Made by a program: the position numbers and the translations under genes. A stretch of DNA of 64,000 bases, taken from Tubiluchus corallicola (lineage: Eukaryota > Animalia > Priapulida). The notes beneath the pieces are model-generated. The model worked only from the letters and a program-made list of their open reading frames with translations. It had not been told where the DNA came from and did not search any database. The stretch is taken from the NCBI GenBank assembly GCA_030141605.1, contig JAQGDQ010000083.1, positions 620,001 through 684,000 on the forward strand, given 5' to 3'. This document shows positions 52,443 through 64,000 of the stretch, piece after piece. Within the stretch, counting starts at the first letter, position 1. Each line of letters opens with the position of its first letter.

Positions 52443-55400
52443 TGTCTGATGTGTTTTCGTTATTCGGCGTTTCATTCAATGTCGGCGTTATTAATATTTT
52501 CTGTAGGCCCAAGTTTTTAATTCAAGAGTGTCGATCTAAGATTATGCCGCCCAACAAAAGTCGTAAATGTGTCAGAGTATCCTAAATTTGCTAATAAGTC
52601 GTTGTTGAGCAAAAAAGAATTTAGCAATTTAACAGCGTTTATTGGTTAATTTTGCTGACATCTGGTTTTTAATAAAAGTCGTAAATGTGCCACAGCTACG
52701 TTAAGCCAACTTTTCATTATTTATGACTAGCGAAATGCAGTTTTAAGATCATTTCTCCAGCAACGTCTGAGCTGCTTTTCTGACGTGCATACTCTCTGTG
52801 CTTCGTGTCAGTCAATTTAGTTTTTCAAAGCAAATTTATTTCAGTTCAATTGGTTTTAAAAAGAAATATGACGTGTGCAGTTATGCAGTTCATGTATAAA
52901 AATTACTGATTTAGCAAATTACATTATATCAGGCGAGTTTGCTGGATCCCACACTGAACGTGTCCTGTAGCTCACTGACAGAGCATAATCAGCTCTACTG
53001 AGAAGGCATGCTGAGCTGAAGATTGAATTCTGCAGGGATTCTATTCACCTATTAACACTTTCCACCCACATGCATAGTTCACGCAGTAGACATTCAAAGT
53101 TCACGAAAAATCCTAATCGTTAGACATTCAAACAATAGCAATACTGGAGTTTAAGATGTTGTGAAAAATGCTCTTTTTTCAGAAATTTGTGGGAGAGACA
53201 TCGGCCTGGTTTTAAATTTGTTGATTAGAATAAACAAATGCGTGGAAATATATATAGTCTAATTTGTTTTTATAGAAAAAGATGCATAACGCTCAAGTCT
53301 ACGAGTTGTTAATTAAAATGTTTTGCTGTTATTGAAATATGTAATTTAGATTCATTCATGACTTTGTAAAAAAACCGCACAACTATTTGATTAAAAGAGT
53401 GGCCACCCAAAATATAATTTATTGCAACTTACATGATTTGGCGCATTTACATTATTACTTTCTATCACAGCTATAACATTAAATAGAACTCTGGACAGAT
53501 AATTATTCACTTTATCACATAGTTAATAGAATAAGCACAGAGTACTAATGCTAGATATATGACGCGCAAATCAGCACATAACTATAAAAAAACTATTGAA
53601 AAGAAAAAAATAACCTAACGAATTAGGCGGATCATATGACGTTTGCTTATTGGAATAGCAAGCGTCAAAAGGTCGCTTGTACAAAGGTGACGATGGAATT
53701 TATAACTTTAGAATGAAGCCCGTATAAATAAGTCAAGGTTAACATAATCTAAAATTACAGCCTGAACGACTCTAGGTAGATTTGTTAAAGTTGTAGGAAC
53801 CGGAATAAACTAGTTTGCAATACTGTAAATGAAAAGTCTAGCAGCAGTGTTGAACTCAATCATGGGAATCCGTGACAGATGTGATCTTTTACCGTCTTTG
53901 TGACTTTCAGCTGGGAAATTATCAGAAATGGAAATTCGGGTTGAATAAACAGTTTCAACAATCGTTTTCAGCATGAACATGCTGCTGGAATAATCTCCAA
54001 GCATTTTAGACCGGGGGAGGGGTGTTAACAAATGCAATTTCGATAGATTAGATACGTACAGACCAAGTTTTATCGTGTTTTTAATTAAGAAACCTTATTA
54101 ACGTTTTCCAATTTTCTTTTTTATTGAAATGTCATGCAAGTGTAAGTAACCGTTTCCCTAGTGAGAACTTTTCCAGGTTTTTGTCAGTAATTTTAGCACT
54201 GAAACGTACTTGAAAGTAAAAGCTAGGGAAGACTCTGGCGACTACTTCAGCAAATCGTGACATACTTGAAAGCATTTTGTAAAGTGACGTTAAAACGCTG
54301 CAACCGCAAAACGCAAGCGGTTTTTTCAGAAGCTTTTGCGCCTGCTCCATTTACTTTCAATTTTTTTGTTTCTTGAAGAAACGGTGTGTTCCTATTTAGC
54401 TTTTAAGTAAAGGACAATTAAGTTAGCAGTAATTTGTGGAAACATTCCACTTAATTTTGCTTTTTTTTACTTTTTGTATAGTGTATATGTATAGCTTTTA
54501 TTTTGTTCGTTTTTAACTAATTCCATGTGGAAGAAATTCTGAAATAAAGGCTTAAATAAATGAAAAAAATTGCTATGGTTTTGACTATAGTAACTAAAAC
54601 TTGACTTGGCATTAATCTTTTTAGGCATGCGGTCAACTCTGATCATGAAACTAACTTAATCGACTGTAATTTTTAAACTGCGGGGTAATTTGTGGTTTAA
54701 CCAACTTTTCGTGGGCACTAACGATGAGTGTAACATTAACAGAAGTTCAGCTATTTCACATACTACACTGGTTTAAAAAATTCAACTAAGATAGGAGAAA
54801 GTGTATTCTCATAGTAACTAAATAATAACTAAGAATAATAAAGTATAATGGGAGTATAATAATTTATGCAGTATTTTTGACACACTGTAAGTCAGATCCA
54901 GCATTTACAGGAGGGCCAAACCCTAATCTTAAAAGTGTAATGGGGACTGGAAATGTAGCGTATTATGACGAAGTCTTTAAAAACAGGGACTGAATAAAAT
55001 AGTCTTGTCTTGCATATGCAGCGTGGCACATACCTATTTGCTAAAAAGGGCTACAAAAACAATGAGTAAAAGTAGAGAATAATTTATTACATAAATATTT
55101 TTTCTAGTTATAATTTTTGACGGTCTTAGCAACATCGTATTAGCAATACGTATATTTAACATTGTATCATTAATATAACATGTACGTGGATTTATAATTA
55201 CGCTGAACTTAGCCTGCAACTAGAGGCCCATTTGTGTGGGCCTAAATACGTATTTTAAAATAGAAGATTAGTTATCACATTTCATTAAAGTATTGCAGAA
55301 TTAATGAAATTTATGATGCCCTCAAACGCGTGTAAAATTTGCGCACCTCCCACAGTCTGAAGTACGTGCTGCTGCAGCATCTAAGCAGCGCTCAAGGAAT

Positions 55401-55531
55401 TCATGATCCTCTAACACAGTGGTTCCCAAAGTAGGGGTAAATTACCCCCAAGGGGTAATATGGTTTTTTTGGGGGGGTAACGGGCACCCCTCTGAAAATT
55501 TTTAAACTTCGCTCGGAATGCATTTTACGTA

Positions 55532-55628
55532 TAGTCTAACCTCGTTATCTCGCCACTGTCCATCTAGGGCAATTTTTTGGCGAGAGGCGAGTATGGCGAG
55601 ATAACGGCAATATAACGAAGTTAGTCTA
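55532..55628. mobile_element. 97-bp Tc1/pogo(Tigger)-like MITE nested in the hAT
   Basis: TAGTCTAACCTCGTTAT ... ATAACGAAGTTAGTCTA (15/17 inverted match) flanked by TA on both sides. Confidence 0.6.
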
Positions 55629-55742
55629 TATGTATATACATACTGTACATAATAGTTGATTAGCATAGTGTTCCTCTATGTACATATAAAATATATTTCA
55701 CATTATGATACCAATCAACATTAAATCAGAAATGAAAAAATG

Positions 55743-55937
55743 TCATTTTGGCTCACAGTGTTTCCGAAATCTGTCTAAAATTATGTCTGGATACGTAGCT
55801 TTTTGTGCGTCAGTTTTAGTTGCTAGCGGGCCTTGAAAAATCAGTCTGCAATATTGCTCAAACGCTTTAAAACTCGACGGTAAATCACGACAACTCCAGT
55901 CCATACAAGGTGGATTTATTCCCGATAAATCTTCCAT
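55743..55937 (-). pseudogene. LTR-retrotransposon (Gypsy-like) gag N-terminal fragment captured in the hAT
   Basis: MEDLSGINPPCMDWSCRDLPSSFKAFEQYCRLIFQGPLATKTDAQKATY|PDIILDRFRKHCEPK resembles the MDW...FK.F...C.LIF.GPL..K...Y and ...F..HCEPK blocks of invertebrate Gypsy gag, with the middle deleted. Confidence 0.6.
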
Positions 55938-56260
55938 TATTTCTTGGCACTGAGTTTCGTTGAAGTAATTATACGTAGCGTTTAAAATTATTGTAACAGA
56001 CAACACAGTTCGTAGTAAGCTATTGCGTCACACACTGTAGAACTGTACGTAAATGCTTGCTATGTCAAGACTTCAAGGTCACTGTCTCGGAAATTCAATT
56101 GTTTTTTTGCGCACAGATCTGACCGTCGGGGCTCTCTTGATTCTCTCATGTTTCTTTTCCCAGAAAGGTGCTGTGTTGTTGCCTTACATCGCGTTGCAGT
56201 GCTTTTCGACGTCAAATTTCTCCAGTTTCTTTCGCAGGACGGTGCTTTCCAAGGAAAGTG

Positions 56261-58051
56261 ATGGCGGGGAAGAAGCGAAGCTATTCCGAATGTTTCCTCG
56301 CCCACGGTTTTGTCAATTTGCCTAGCAAAGGAGAGGATCGCCCTCAATGTGTCGTATGCAACAAAATCCTCTCAAACGAAAGCTTGAAGCCATCAAAACT
56401 ACAGGCACATTTGAGGCAGTGTCATCCGGCCCTGCGAAACAAGGACCGAGATTACTTTGAACGCCAAGCAAAAACTCTGAAAAGTATTCAGTTCGGAGCG
56501 CAGGGGACAGGTGCACAGCAGGTCGTTGCTTCCGTCGAGGCCTCATACATCGTGGCCTACGAAGTTGCAAAGAAACAGCAATGTCACACAATCGCAGAAA
56601 CACTTGTAATGCCTTGTGCAAAAACGATGGTACAGAAAATGTGTGGAGAAGAGCAGGCGAAAAAACTGAGCGTTGTATCGGTGTCAAACAACACGATTCG
56701 TCGCCGAATAGACGATATGGCGGGTGATATACTCGAGCAGGTGAGCGAGGAAGTCAAGTCCAGTCCAGTCAAGTTTTGTCTTCAATTCGACGAGTCTACA
56801 GATGTCAGTAGCTGTTGTGTTCTGCTGGGATTCATTCGTTACATTCACCTAAACATGGTCAAAGAAGAATTTCTGCTGTGCCAGAATCTCAAGACGACGA
56901 CGAAGGGAGAGGACGTGTTCAAAACTGTGAGTCATTTCTTGGAAAGCAACAGGCTTAGCTGGGAACGTGTTCAGCAAGTATCAGTTGACGGAGCTCCTGC
57001 CATGATGGCGGGTCAACGTGGATTCAGAGGGTTTGTGGAAAGAGAAAATCCGAGCATTAAAGTTGACCATTGTGCAATTCATCGCTATTCGCTGGGGTCC
57101 AAAACGTTACCAGCTTCCTTGAAGGTAGTTTTTGACAGTGTCGTGAAGGTGGTAAACTTCATCAAGGCAAAAGATTTGAACTCTCGCGTGTTCAAGGAAT
57201 TGTGCAAGGAGATGGGGGAAAGGTATGAAGTGCTTCTTTATCACACAGAAGTGAGATGGCTGTCGAAAGGGAAGGTGTTGAGTCGAGTGCTAGAACTGCG
57301 AGAGGTGATCAACCGTTTTCTGACAGAAAAGAATTCGCCACTGGCGGGTCAGTTCTCCGACAACGAGTGGCTATGTCAGTTGTGCTACTTGGCCGATATT
57401 TTTGAGGAGCTCAACAAAGGGAACCTTGCTCTTCAGGGAAAGAACACCACCATACTTGATATGCGTGGGGCCGTCTCGGCATTCATAGGAAAACTCAAGC
57501 TGTGGAGCAGAAGGGCATCGAAAGGCGTCATGGCGCAGTTTTCTCATTTGGATCAATTCATCGAAACTAACGAGCAAGGTGAAGAACTGCTGGAACATGT
57601 AAAGCTGGAAATAGTTGAACACCTCAACGAGCTCGTCCAAAACTTGGAACGGTATTTCCCGGACCTGGAAACAAGATCCTTACAGTGGTGCGTACAGCCC
57701 TTTTTGGCAGAGGATGGTCAAATTGAAGACGACGATTTCCCAGCTAAAGAAGAGTGGATTGAACTGAGGCTCAACGAGGAAAAGCAAATGAAATTCCAGC
57801 AGCAGAACCTGGAAGAGTTCTGGATAGGAGAGATGGCCAGTTCACCAGTCCTTGCAGAACGGGCATTGAATATTCTCACGTGTTTTTCAACAACGTATCT
57901 GTGTGAACAAGGTTTTTCGTCCATAATGAACATGAAAACAAAGAAAAGAAATAGGTTGGACGTGGAAAGCGATGCACGCGTTGCTTTGAGCCTGACGAAA
58001 CCCAGGATTGAGAAACTGGCGTCCGAAAAACAGGCTCATCCGTCCCACTAA
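56261..58051 (+). CDS. hAT transposase (Buster/Charlie, ZBED5/ZBED8/SCAND3-like), 596 aa, uninterrupted
   Basis: ATG at 56261 (MAGKKRSY); BED finger CVVC...HLRQCH; catalytic QFDEST, SVDGAP, LCEQGFS; CAIH (CxxH); HTEVRWLS; C-terminal QAHPSH; pyrimidine-rich acceptor ending 56237 suggests a spliced 5' UTR. Confidence 0.97.
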   Translation: MAGKKRSYSECFLAHGFVNLPSKGEDRPQCVVCNKILSNESLKPSKLQAHLRQCHPALRNKDRDYFERQAKTLKSIQFGAQGTGAQQVVASVEASYIVAYEVAKKQQCHTIAETLVMPCAKTMVQKMCGEEQAKKLSVVSVSNNTIRRRIDDMAGDILEQVSEEVKSSPVKFCLQFDESTDVSSCCVLLGFIRYIHLNMVKEEFLLCQNLKTTTKGEDVFKTVSHFLESNRLSWERVQQVSVDGAPAMMAGQRGFRGFVERENPSIKVDHCAIHRYSLGSKTLPASLKVVFDSVVKVVNFIKAKDLNSRVFKELCKEMGERYEVLLYHTEVRWLSKGKVLSRVLELREVINRFLTEKNSPLAGQFSDNEWLCQLCYLADIFEELNKGNLALQGKNTTILDMRGAVSAFIGKLKLWSRRASKGVMAQFSHLDQFIETNEQGEELLEHVKLEIVEHLNELVQNLERYFPDLETRSLQWCVQPFLAEDGQIEDDDFPAKEEWIELRLNEEKQMKFQQQNLEEFWIGEMASSPVLAERALNILTCFSTTYLCEQGFSSIMNMKTKKRNRLDVESDARVALSLTKPRIEKLASEKQAHPSH

Positions 58052-60383
58052 CTGAGATTTTTTGTTGTCATTCATTTCTTCTTGTTTTCGTTTGTTCGAG
58101 TAATTTCGTTTGTTCACTCAGTAATGAGCAGGTTCAGTAATTGTAATTCTTGTTTTGGCAACAATACAACAAAACCTGGAAATTTATTTATGTCACGAGC
58201 AAACATAAATAATTTTGCTTGCTTGTGGCATATACGTGTGTTTACTTTTTGAGTTGGAGAAGTAGTACTAGGTGGGGGGTAATGGACACGACCGGGTTTC
58301 CCGATTTGGGTAACGGTCCGAGAAAGTTTGGGAACCACTGCTCTAACACATCCTCCGCCGCCTCACAAAACTGATAAATGACGTCAATGGCGTTTTTTTA
58401 AACATCCGAATGTGGAAACTAGACAGGTTAATTAACAGGCGAGAAACGTGTTGTATATGTATACATAGAAAAAATCATTTTGATGTGTATTCATAATGGC
58501 TTGTGAGAATTACTTGTACATTAAGTTTAAATTAATTAGAAAATATATAAATTTATCTAATATAGAAAAGAAATCATATCAGGTATAATTATAATCTGTA
58601 TTATATTACCACTATTTATAGATTTAAAGTCGTCACATGAAGGACAGCAAACACTCTAAAGTTAAACAAGCTAATGTATAATATGGACTGGTGTTTCTAC
58701 TTTAGAGGTAACTGTCTCTCAGCTAAACATTTCAGCATTAAATTAAATTATTATTTTTAACAAATATGTACAACACAGTGTACAACTAAAGTGCGAGGTA
58801 AATTTAACAGATTGAAAAATTTTCCACTCAAAGTTCAATAAACAAAAAAATGAATATTATGAGAACAGAAAAGGTTAGATGGTTATATGGCAGTAAAATC
58901 AGTCATTTAATCAAGATCGTAACTGATTTTAAATTAGAACTTCGATCATATTTTATAAATTTCTGGCAATAGTATTACACAATAAAAATATTAATGTAGG
59001 TATTATCTAAAAATCCGACAACTATACAATTCCTTAAAATCTTGACTTGCTGACATTTTTAATAATAATATTCATATATAAAACAAACAAAAAGGACATT
59101 AAAAGCATTTCTCAAATAAAAAGTGTTTGTGATTAGTTAAGTAGAAAACAGTTTATGACTGAACAGGAAAACTTGCACAGTTTTATTTTGCATTAGTTGA
59201 TCGAGGAAATTCAGAAGTTGCCCGCAATTTACCACCCGAGTATGTGCAATTAACTGATAAACTGTCTCCACGGGACAGCAACATGATGTTAGCTAACAAT
59301 ATAAAAGTATAATGAAGGGATGAAACACATTTGCATATAAATTAACTTTTTCATTTAAACCAAAGCAAGAGTTCAGCAGCAACAGTTCATCATGGACAGC
59401 CACTCATATGCAAATCATCAAATTTGTGTAAGGTTGCGAGGTTATAAAGTACCAACAAAGCCAATTAAACGTCACAACAATGACAATGGTCTAGGCTAAG
59501 GGATCTGGAGATTGCTCAGTTGCCCTGGAGATTCCTGAGCTGTAAAACCAAGTCTGTTCTGGGCAATTTGCGTATCACAAAGTGAACTGTTATATAAAGT
59601 GTGGCTTCTAAGGTTCAGTGGAAACGCAACCGCATTTCAAGAACACAAAAAGCAAAAGAACAGGATGGCAACAGAAACGGCAAGCACAAAGGAAATACCG
59701 GAAATAATATCTGTATTCTGTGTGTCCAGTGCTACATGTTTATCAATGATCATTAATTTCAACTTGTCCAGGCAAAGTTATGGCCAGTTCTTGTTACAGA
59801 TTTATAACATACGATTGAAATAACAAATGTATTTATGGCTTCGCGTACAAACGTGAAACTATCAATTAGAGTCCAAGGTAATGAACAGTTACTTGAATGT
59901 AATTAATGAGTTTGACCAGAAATCATTTGAAAAAGACGACTGCTCACTGCTGAAGTTTGAGATAAGTCATTAAGCTGAGAAATGGGTAATCCAGGCAACT
60001 TTGTATGAACAAAAAGGCCTTAGATAAAAACTATTCTTCGAAATTTGAAATTGATTTGAAATGAAAATAAAATCAAAAGTCAAGAAAGTGATTCATGTGC
60101 CGTTACAGTTTTAGTGAATAGGCTGTTAATTAAATGTAAATTAAAAAAGATCTTACTTGTTGCAATCAACCTTCTAAAATAATAAAAAGAAATTTAAGTA
60201 GAGTGGTAGTTAGAATCGTCATGTTTGTTTTTTCCTCATTTTTTAATTCTGGGATTTTTAAATTAATTGTCTGTATTCTTGTCATTAAGAATTAAATTTA
60301 CATTATCAGTATAGCAATAATAAAATACCTAGATACAAGTACAGCAAACTTAGCAAAGTGAACAAATCAGATTAAAGTCCAAT

Positions 60384-60698
60384 GGCGCCTTCAGACCTGC
60401 AAGTTTTCTGTAACGAGTTTTCTCTCTGCCAGCAAACTTGCATGAGGGAACTGCTTTGCGAGTTACTGTTGGCAAGAAGTTGCAAACTCTCGGGCAGTTA
60501 CTGTGAGTTGATATACTGTCTAGTGTGAATAACTGGGTGAGTTACTCAATAACTTCTTGCAGTGAATAGAGGTGTGAGTGTCAGCTCGCCCTTAATGTCT
60601 GAGAGTTACTCGCAAGTTTTGCTCTCTAGTCTGAACATGCTTGCGAGTTACTTGGCGAGTTAACATTAGCAAGAGAATACTTACTAGTCCGCTGCCCC
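60384..60698 (+). mobile_element. Family C copy 2
   Basis: Colinear with 2960-3205; begins GGCGCCTTCAGAC; AAAGTCCAATG present on both sides. Confidence 0.6.
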
Positions 60699-61588
60699 AC
60701 AAAGTCCAATGATTTGTTCAACATTGGACACACTGCTTTGTATGCCTTGCCTGGACCCTGTAATGAAGGATTTTGTAAAAAAAACTATATCAATTTAGTC
60801 GATGAATAGGTTTTTGGTCACTTTAACAGCAACAACAATCCTTAGCAGAAGCTACAAAAATTTCTAGTAATAAGGTCAAATTTAACGTAAAAACAAGTTT
60901 TCCGTAATTAAAAGAGGTAACCATAACTTAAAATTTCAAACTAATTTTATTAAATTACAAGGCTTCCTTCCTAATGAAAATGAGTCACGAAGTTGCATTT
61001 TTTCCCAAAAATTTTGTTTGATTTCGCTCGTGGCTAAACGAAATTCTCTGGCTGAACAACTGTCATGGTCACATCAACGGCTTTCTTGGATACCGTGTCG
61101 TTTCTGTGACGTTGAATGTGTAAACAATGCTAAAACGAAAGGTGACAAATGAAAACCAAATGTAAACAATGGCTTAACTATAGACTAAGGAGTTTCTCGT
61201 GTCATTTAACTAGTAAAATCCAAGAAATCTTTCCAAACTTTCTTTAAGAAATGACACCTTCACACCCGATTTCATCTTATATAAACCTCTAAGAAAAAGT
61301 CCCAAGCGACTCGCAAACGAGGTAACAACGAAAGCTGCAATGGTCGAACTAGCAGTGCTAGAAGAGGAAGAAGAAGAGAGCGATTTAGGCATTCATGTAC
61401 TGGCAAAGTGCAAACATGTAGTCAAAAGTGCTCACTGTTACATATAGGCTAATATTAAACATGTTTGTATACTATTTGTTAATAAACGAAACTTAGTGTG
61501 GATTTTACTGGTATTTGAGGACAATTTATACGCATGACTACGTGTTTCTATGTAGCAAGTTTGCAATTCTTGTATATCACGCGCATCT

Positions 61589-61730
61589 GCTTATACACAA
61601 TTACGGCGTTGAAAATACCGGTTGTTCAAAACAGGTTGATGACAAGGGTTCTCGTCTGATCACCGAAGTTAAGCAACGAAGAGGGGGGTTAGTACTTGGA
61701 TGGGTGACCGACAAGGAATACCAGGTGCTG
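61589..61730 (+). pseudogene. 5S rRNA pseudogene or 5S-derived SINE head
   Basis: CGTTGAAAATACCGGTT-[insert]-GGTTCTCGTCTGATCACCGAAGTTAAGCAACG...GGTTAGTACTTGGATGGGTGACCG...GGAATACCAGGTGCTG matches animal 5S rRNA; ~25-bp insertion; followed by (AGTG)n. Confidence 0.88.
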
Positions 61731-61759
61731 AGTGAGTGAGTGAGTGAGTAAGTTACATG

Positions 61760-62382
61760 TTGAAGTAAAACTGGACCCATTCATAAACTGTAGGTCAAAA
61801 CAATCTACTCTTTAAAATATTGAAAAGAAACATACTATTTTTTCAAAAATTACTTAAGTGAAATAATTATTACAATACAAACACAATTTCGCATTTGCGC
61901 CGCTAGTTCTTCGCTCTTACATGCATTTCGCCATTCGCTAGTTAGACGGGCACTAGCGCCTGCATTTCGGAAACGCAAGGCACGAAAAACAGCGGCTGTA
62001 CCTCTCAGTTCAGATGTGTTGGTTTGTGACGAACTACACACATTCGACAGCTCATGCGTGAGCACGGCGGTAAATTTGAAATTTGAAATTTTATCTTAAA
62101 ACTTTCCTAGTTTTAGTACAACACACTGAGTATCTTACAGTAGCACTGTACTTCAATTTTCGCTTTCGCAAACACATGCAACACGCTCGTGGAATATTTT
62201 TGTTGAAAATTATGTTAGTTTGTAGTGTCATCGATAGTTGGGCTCGCCTGCCGTTAACTAAGTTTTTAATCTATTATTTAATTGTCAGAAACGCTTTGGG
62301 GTATTAATTGTGTTAAAAAGTATCCTTTTTATCCGACTTGAAAATAATGTAGTATATGAAAAATCATCCTGTCTTCCTTTAA
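61760..62382 (+). mobile_element. Family A (Kolobok-like) copy 4
   Basis: Colinear with 5793-6434; ends CCTGTCTTCCTTTAA. Confidence 0.78.
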
Positions 62383-62769
62383 GCATAAAAACAAATTATA
62401 CAAAAAGTACATAAAGCACTTAATAATCATGGCTTTTCAAGAGAATGCATAAATGTGATGTTTGTTGAGCATATAAGTATGCACACACAGTATGAATGAA
62501 AGAGACAAAACTCACAAAACAAAATCACAAACCAATAATCCTATTGATGGGATGAAATGGCTCGAATGCAGGAGAAACACAAATAAAAACAACGGTAACA
62601 AAAGTAAATTTATATCTTGTACTGGGGTTAGAATTGCGTAAATTGACAAGAGGTGGCACCACTCGTATAGTTGCCAAACGTGTAACATATTTATTTGGGC
62701 AACACGTCATAGTACGAAAACTATTAATATAGTATACGATAAACGTAGAATAACTGTGTAAGTTAATGC

Positions 62770-63200
62770 TATTTCCCTTCCTGCTTCTCTTCTGTTTTTT
62801 GCTGATGTCATATATAAAATTTATCGCTAAAGTTACCATCTCATATGTAAAGTTAATATCGTTTATACTGTTAATAAAGACAAATTGCTCATTTACAGGC
62901 ATATTTGCAACAGCAGGAAATATTCACAATACTGAGTTGAACAGGTGTGAACATGCCTTATAATTCTGAGTCTAGTGCACAATGGCCACGCATTCGCTTG
63001 GAATTGCATTATTATGCACAAGCGCTTATTCTTCCAAACAATGTATAGTTTTAAAACGTTAAGAATTTGTCCTACATTCATCTAAGTGAGTTCAAACCCG
63101 AGTTTACAGACAATCTTCCTAATTACCAAGAAGCAGCTTTACACTTTTTCATTATCCTTTTGTCTACAGTCTAAGTATGCGTATATTTGTATGTGTATTT
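62770..63200 (-). mobile_element. Decayed LINE 3' fragment
   Basis: NKRLCIIMQ...HVHTCSTQY...MPVNEQFVFINS parallels the EQFVFLN tail of the relic at 33450-33707. Confidence 0.5.
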
Positions 63201-64000
63201 CAAGTATATGGAACCAATAGTTTACAACTAACTTTACCATAAGGATATATGTAAAGTAGGCCCTATATGCTCCTTTCTGTTTTGACCTTATTTGTTGCAC
63301 TTCATCCCGCTATTCTATGTTGTCATAGTACAGATGTGACGACATTGTACTTTGAATGTCTAAAATATTCTACATGAGCACAGGAATGGCGGGTGTATGA
63401 CGTCACGTTTATTGAGTGTCGTAAAGACAAGTCAAATCGTAAAACTCAGTATCGCATTACATGCATAGCATACAATACATCCCCTTTTGTTTAATTAAAG
63501 AAAGCAAATTTCTTCAAACAAAGTTTTTAAACAGAACAGAACTGCACTTCAAACATTTTGCAACATTAACACAGTGTCTAAATTGTAGCTGAAAGATTTA
63601 GTTTAAATTCAGATCACTGGCTACTAAGCAATCACACAGTATGTATTGCATTAATTAATTAAGTGTATTAGCAGCCACTAAACATAATAGCAACAAACAC
63701 AAATGTAAAAACACTCAAATATGAATTACAATGGTTCACATAGTTGCACAAACATTTTGAAACCTAAACTGGAACTTTCAAAATCACCACTGTATTTTGG
63801 ATGCACAAAACTATTAAACTAATTTTGTAACATTACAAGTTTACAACTTACGAGTTTTATCAAACAAACAAACAATTTAAATATGCGGTAATAATTGTGA
63901 AATTTTCAAAACTATAATTTAGATACAGTTATACTTATGAATTATACAATAAGCCGTTTAGGTGGCTTAACTGTTCGGCCACTTCTAGTTTTGGTTACAG

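Larger units (their letters stand above)
55417..58340 (+). mobile_element. Full-length hAT transposon, Buster/Charlie group (2924 bp)
   Basis: 14-bp perfect TIRs CAGTGGTTCCCAAA / TTTGGGAACCACTG; identical 8-bp TSD CTCTAACA at 55409-55416 and 58341-58348 with central TA, as in Buster elements; GGGGTAA subterminal motifs at both ends. Confidence 0.97.

Noticed and set aside
56168-56260. N-terminal extension of the 627-aa ORF
   Set aside because: Starts at GTG and spans a pyrimidine tract/acceptor; the family-typical start is the ATG at 56261
56322-58117. Antisense ORFs inside the transposase
   Set aside because: Shadow frames of a GC-richer coding sequence with no recognisable motifs
59638-59755. 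Short minus-strand ORF with a transmembrane-like segment
   Set aside because: Only ~38 codons with no splice or promoter support; T-rich DNA gives such peptides by chance
60157-60757. Putative 73-bp exon and 17-bp microexon on the minus strand
   Set aside because: The donor lies in a MITE terminus and the joins I tried give immediate stops
61190-61448. Possible THAP-domain relic (LRNDTFTPDF...KSPKR)
   Set aside because: Key Cys/His spacing cannot be recovered by eye; needs an HMM search

Overview
AT-rich, intron-containing, microsatellite- and transposon-rich eukaryotic DNA, most likely from an invertebrate animal; not prokaryotic. Most ORFs in the supplied track are artefacts of simple repeats or decayed mobile elements. 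Three host genes can be read from splice signals, all on the minus strand: (1) a two-exon KynB/isatin-hydrolase (cyclase family) metallo-amidohydrolase with a signal peptide and hydrophobic C-terminal tail (11021-12387); (2) two phase-1 LDL-receptor class A exons of a gene whose remaining exons I could not find (14152-15109); (3) a complete three-exon gene absent from the ORF track, with TATA box, non-coding first exon and polyA signal, encoding a 69-aa secreted precursor with dibasic sites (40709-43053). The window also holds an apparently intact 2.9-kb Buster/Charlie-type hAT transposon (perfect 8-bp TSD) carrying a nested MITE and a captured gag-like fragment, a bipartite RTE element with a 16-bp TSD, Penelope-type minimal hammerhead motifs, a 5S rRNA pseudogene, many LINE/hAT relics, several MITE families, a 53-bp minisatellite and long microsatellites. 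All calls were made by eye; no database searches were run.
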